Below are positions 63,847 through 64,000 of a stretch of DNA of 64,000 bases, piece after piece. A program made the translations under genes and the position numbers. Source of the stretch: Candidatus Daviesbacteria bacterium (GTDB taxonomy: Bacteria > Patescibacteriota > Microgenomatia > Daviesbacterales > UBA10151); the NCBI GenBank assembly GCA_016183245.1, contig JACPEY010000011.1, forward strand, positions 5,568 to 69,567. Reading direction: 5' to 3'. Positions within the stretch are counted from its first letter, which is position 1. Each line of letters opens with the position of its first letter. The notes beneath the pieces are model-generated. The model was given only the letters and a program-made list of their open reading frames with translations, did not search any database and was not told the origin of the DNA.

Positions 63847-64000
63847 ATGAAAAGCAAAAAATCTGCCTCTGAAATCCTGGTTAATATTCCTGCAGTTGTG
63901 CCGCTTTGGCAGCTTGAGATAAAAGAGATTACTGGGCATAATATTGAATCTGCCGGTAGAGAAGTGGTAAATGGACTGCTTAAAAAAGGATGGGTGCTTT
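63847..64000 (+). CDS. Partial CDS (N-terminus only) of a hypothetical protein.
   Basis: The ORF MKSKKSASEILVNIPAVVPLWQLEIK... runs off the window. Confidence 0.3.
   Translation, partial: MKSKKSASEILVNIPAVVPLWQLEIKEITGHNIESAGREVVNGLLKKGWVL

Overview
This is a low-GC window of roughly 35-40% GC with densely packed genes, most likely from a small-genome bacterium. The gene content suggests the Candidate Phyla Radiation (Patescibacteria), but this is an inference, not a demonstrated assignment. Recognisable housekeeping genes include the PBP1A and DD-carboxypeptidase cell-wall cluster, cysS, rsmI, lexA, uvrB, uvrA, uvrC, secG, corA, typA/bipA, a ROK-family glucokinase, gnd-like 6PGDH, three tRNAs, and a two-component cluster containing a histidine kinase with a MEDS sensory domain. 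There is also a 1930-aa surface protein with a lamin-tail domain, DUF5011 repeats and an FN3 domain. The window carries several small accessory islands, two of them next to tRNA-Lys genes. One holds the HigB/HigA toxin-antitoxin pair and a nucleotidyltransferase-like gene, with a GIY-YIG nuclease and a staphylococcal-nuclease-like thermonuclease on the other side of the tRNA. Another holds GGDEF, Fic, an HTH protein and an IS200-like transposase. A higher-GC two-gene island sits at 1.9-4.7 kb. The most interesting signal is two families of short palindromic repeats. The first is a family of roughly 36-bp REP-like elements with a CCACCCCCCAGGTGG core. Two copies in opposite orientation flank a REP-associated tyrosine transposase (RAYT, the IS200-like transposase that mobilises REP repeats), giving a REP-RAYT-REP unit. 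Other copies sit at gene ends and, notably, in frame inside uvrB and rsmI, each encoding an extra HLGGxxDRTPxx-type peptide. The second family has GTCATT...AATGAC inverted termini, with the core GTCAT...ATGAC shared by every copy. It lies in frame twice inside uvrA and once inside a PEP-utilizing-enzyme-like gene, with a partial copy inside gnd and a related, more divergent copy in an intergenic region. These in-frame palindromic insertions into essential proteins resemble the Rickettsia palindromic elements. The last unusual feature is a complete tRNA-Arg(UCG) nested inside a second, split tRNA-like gene.
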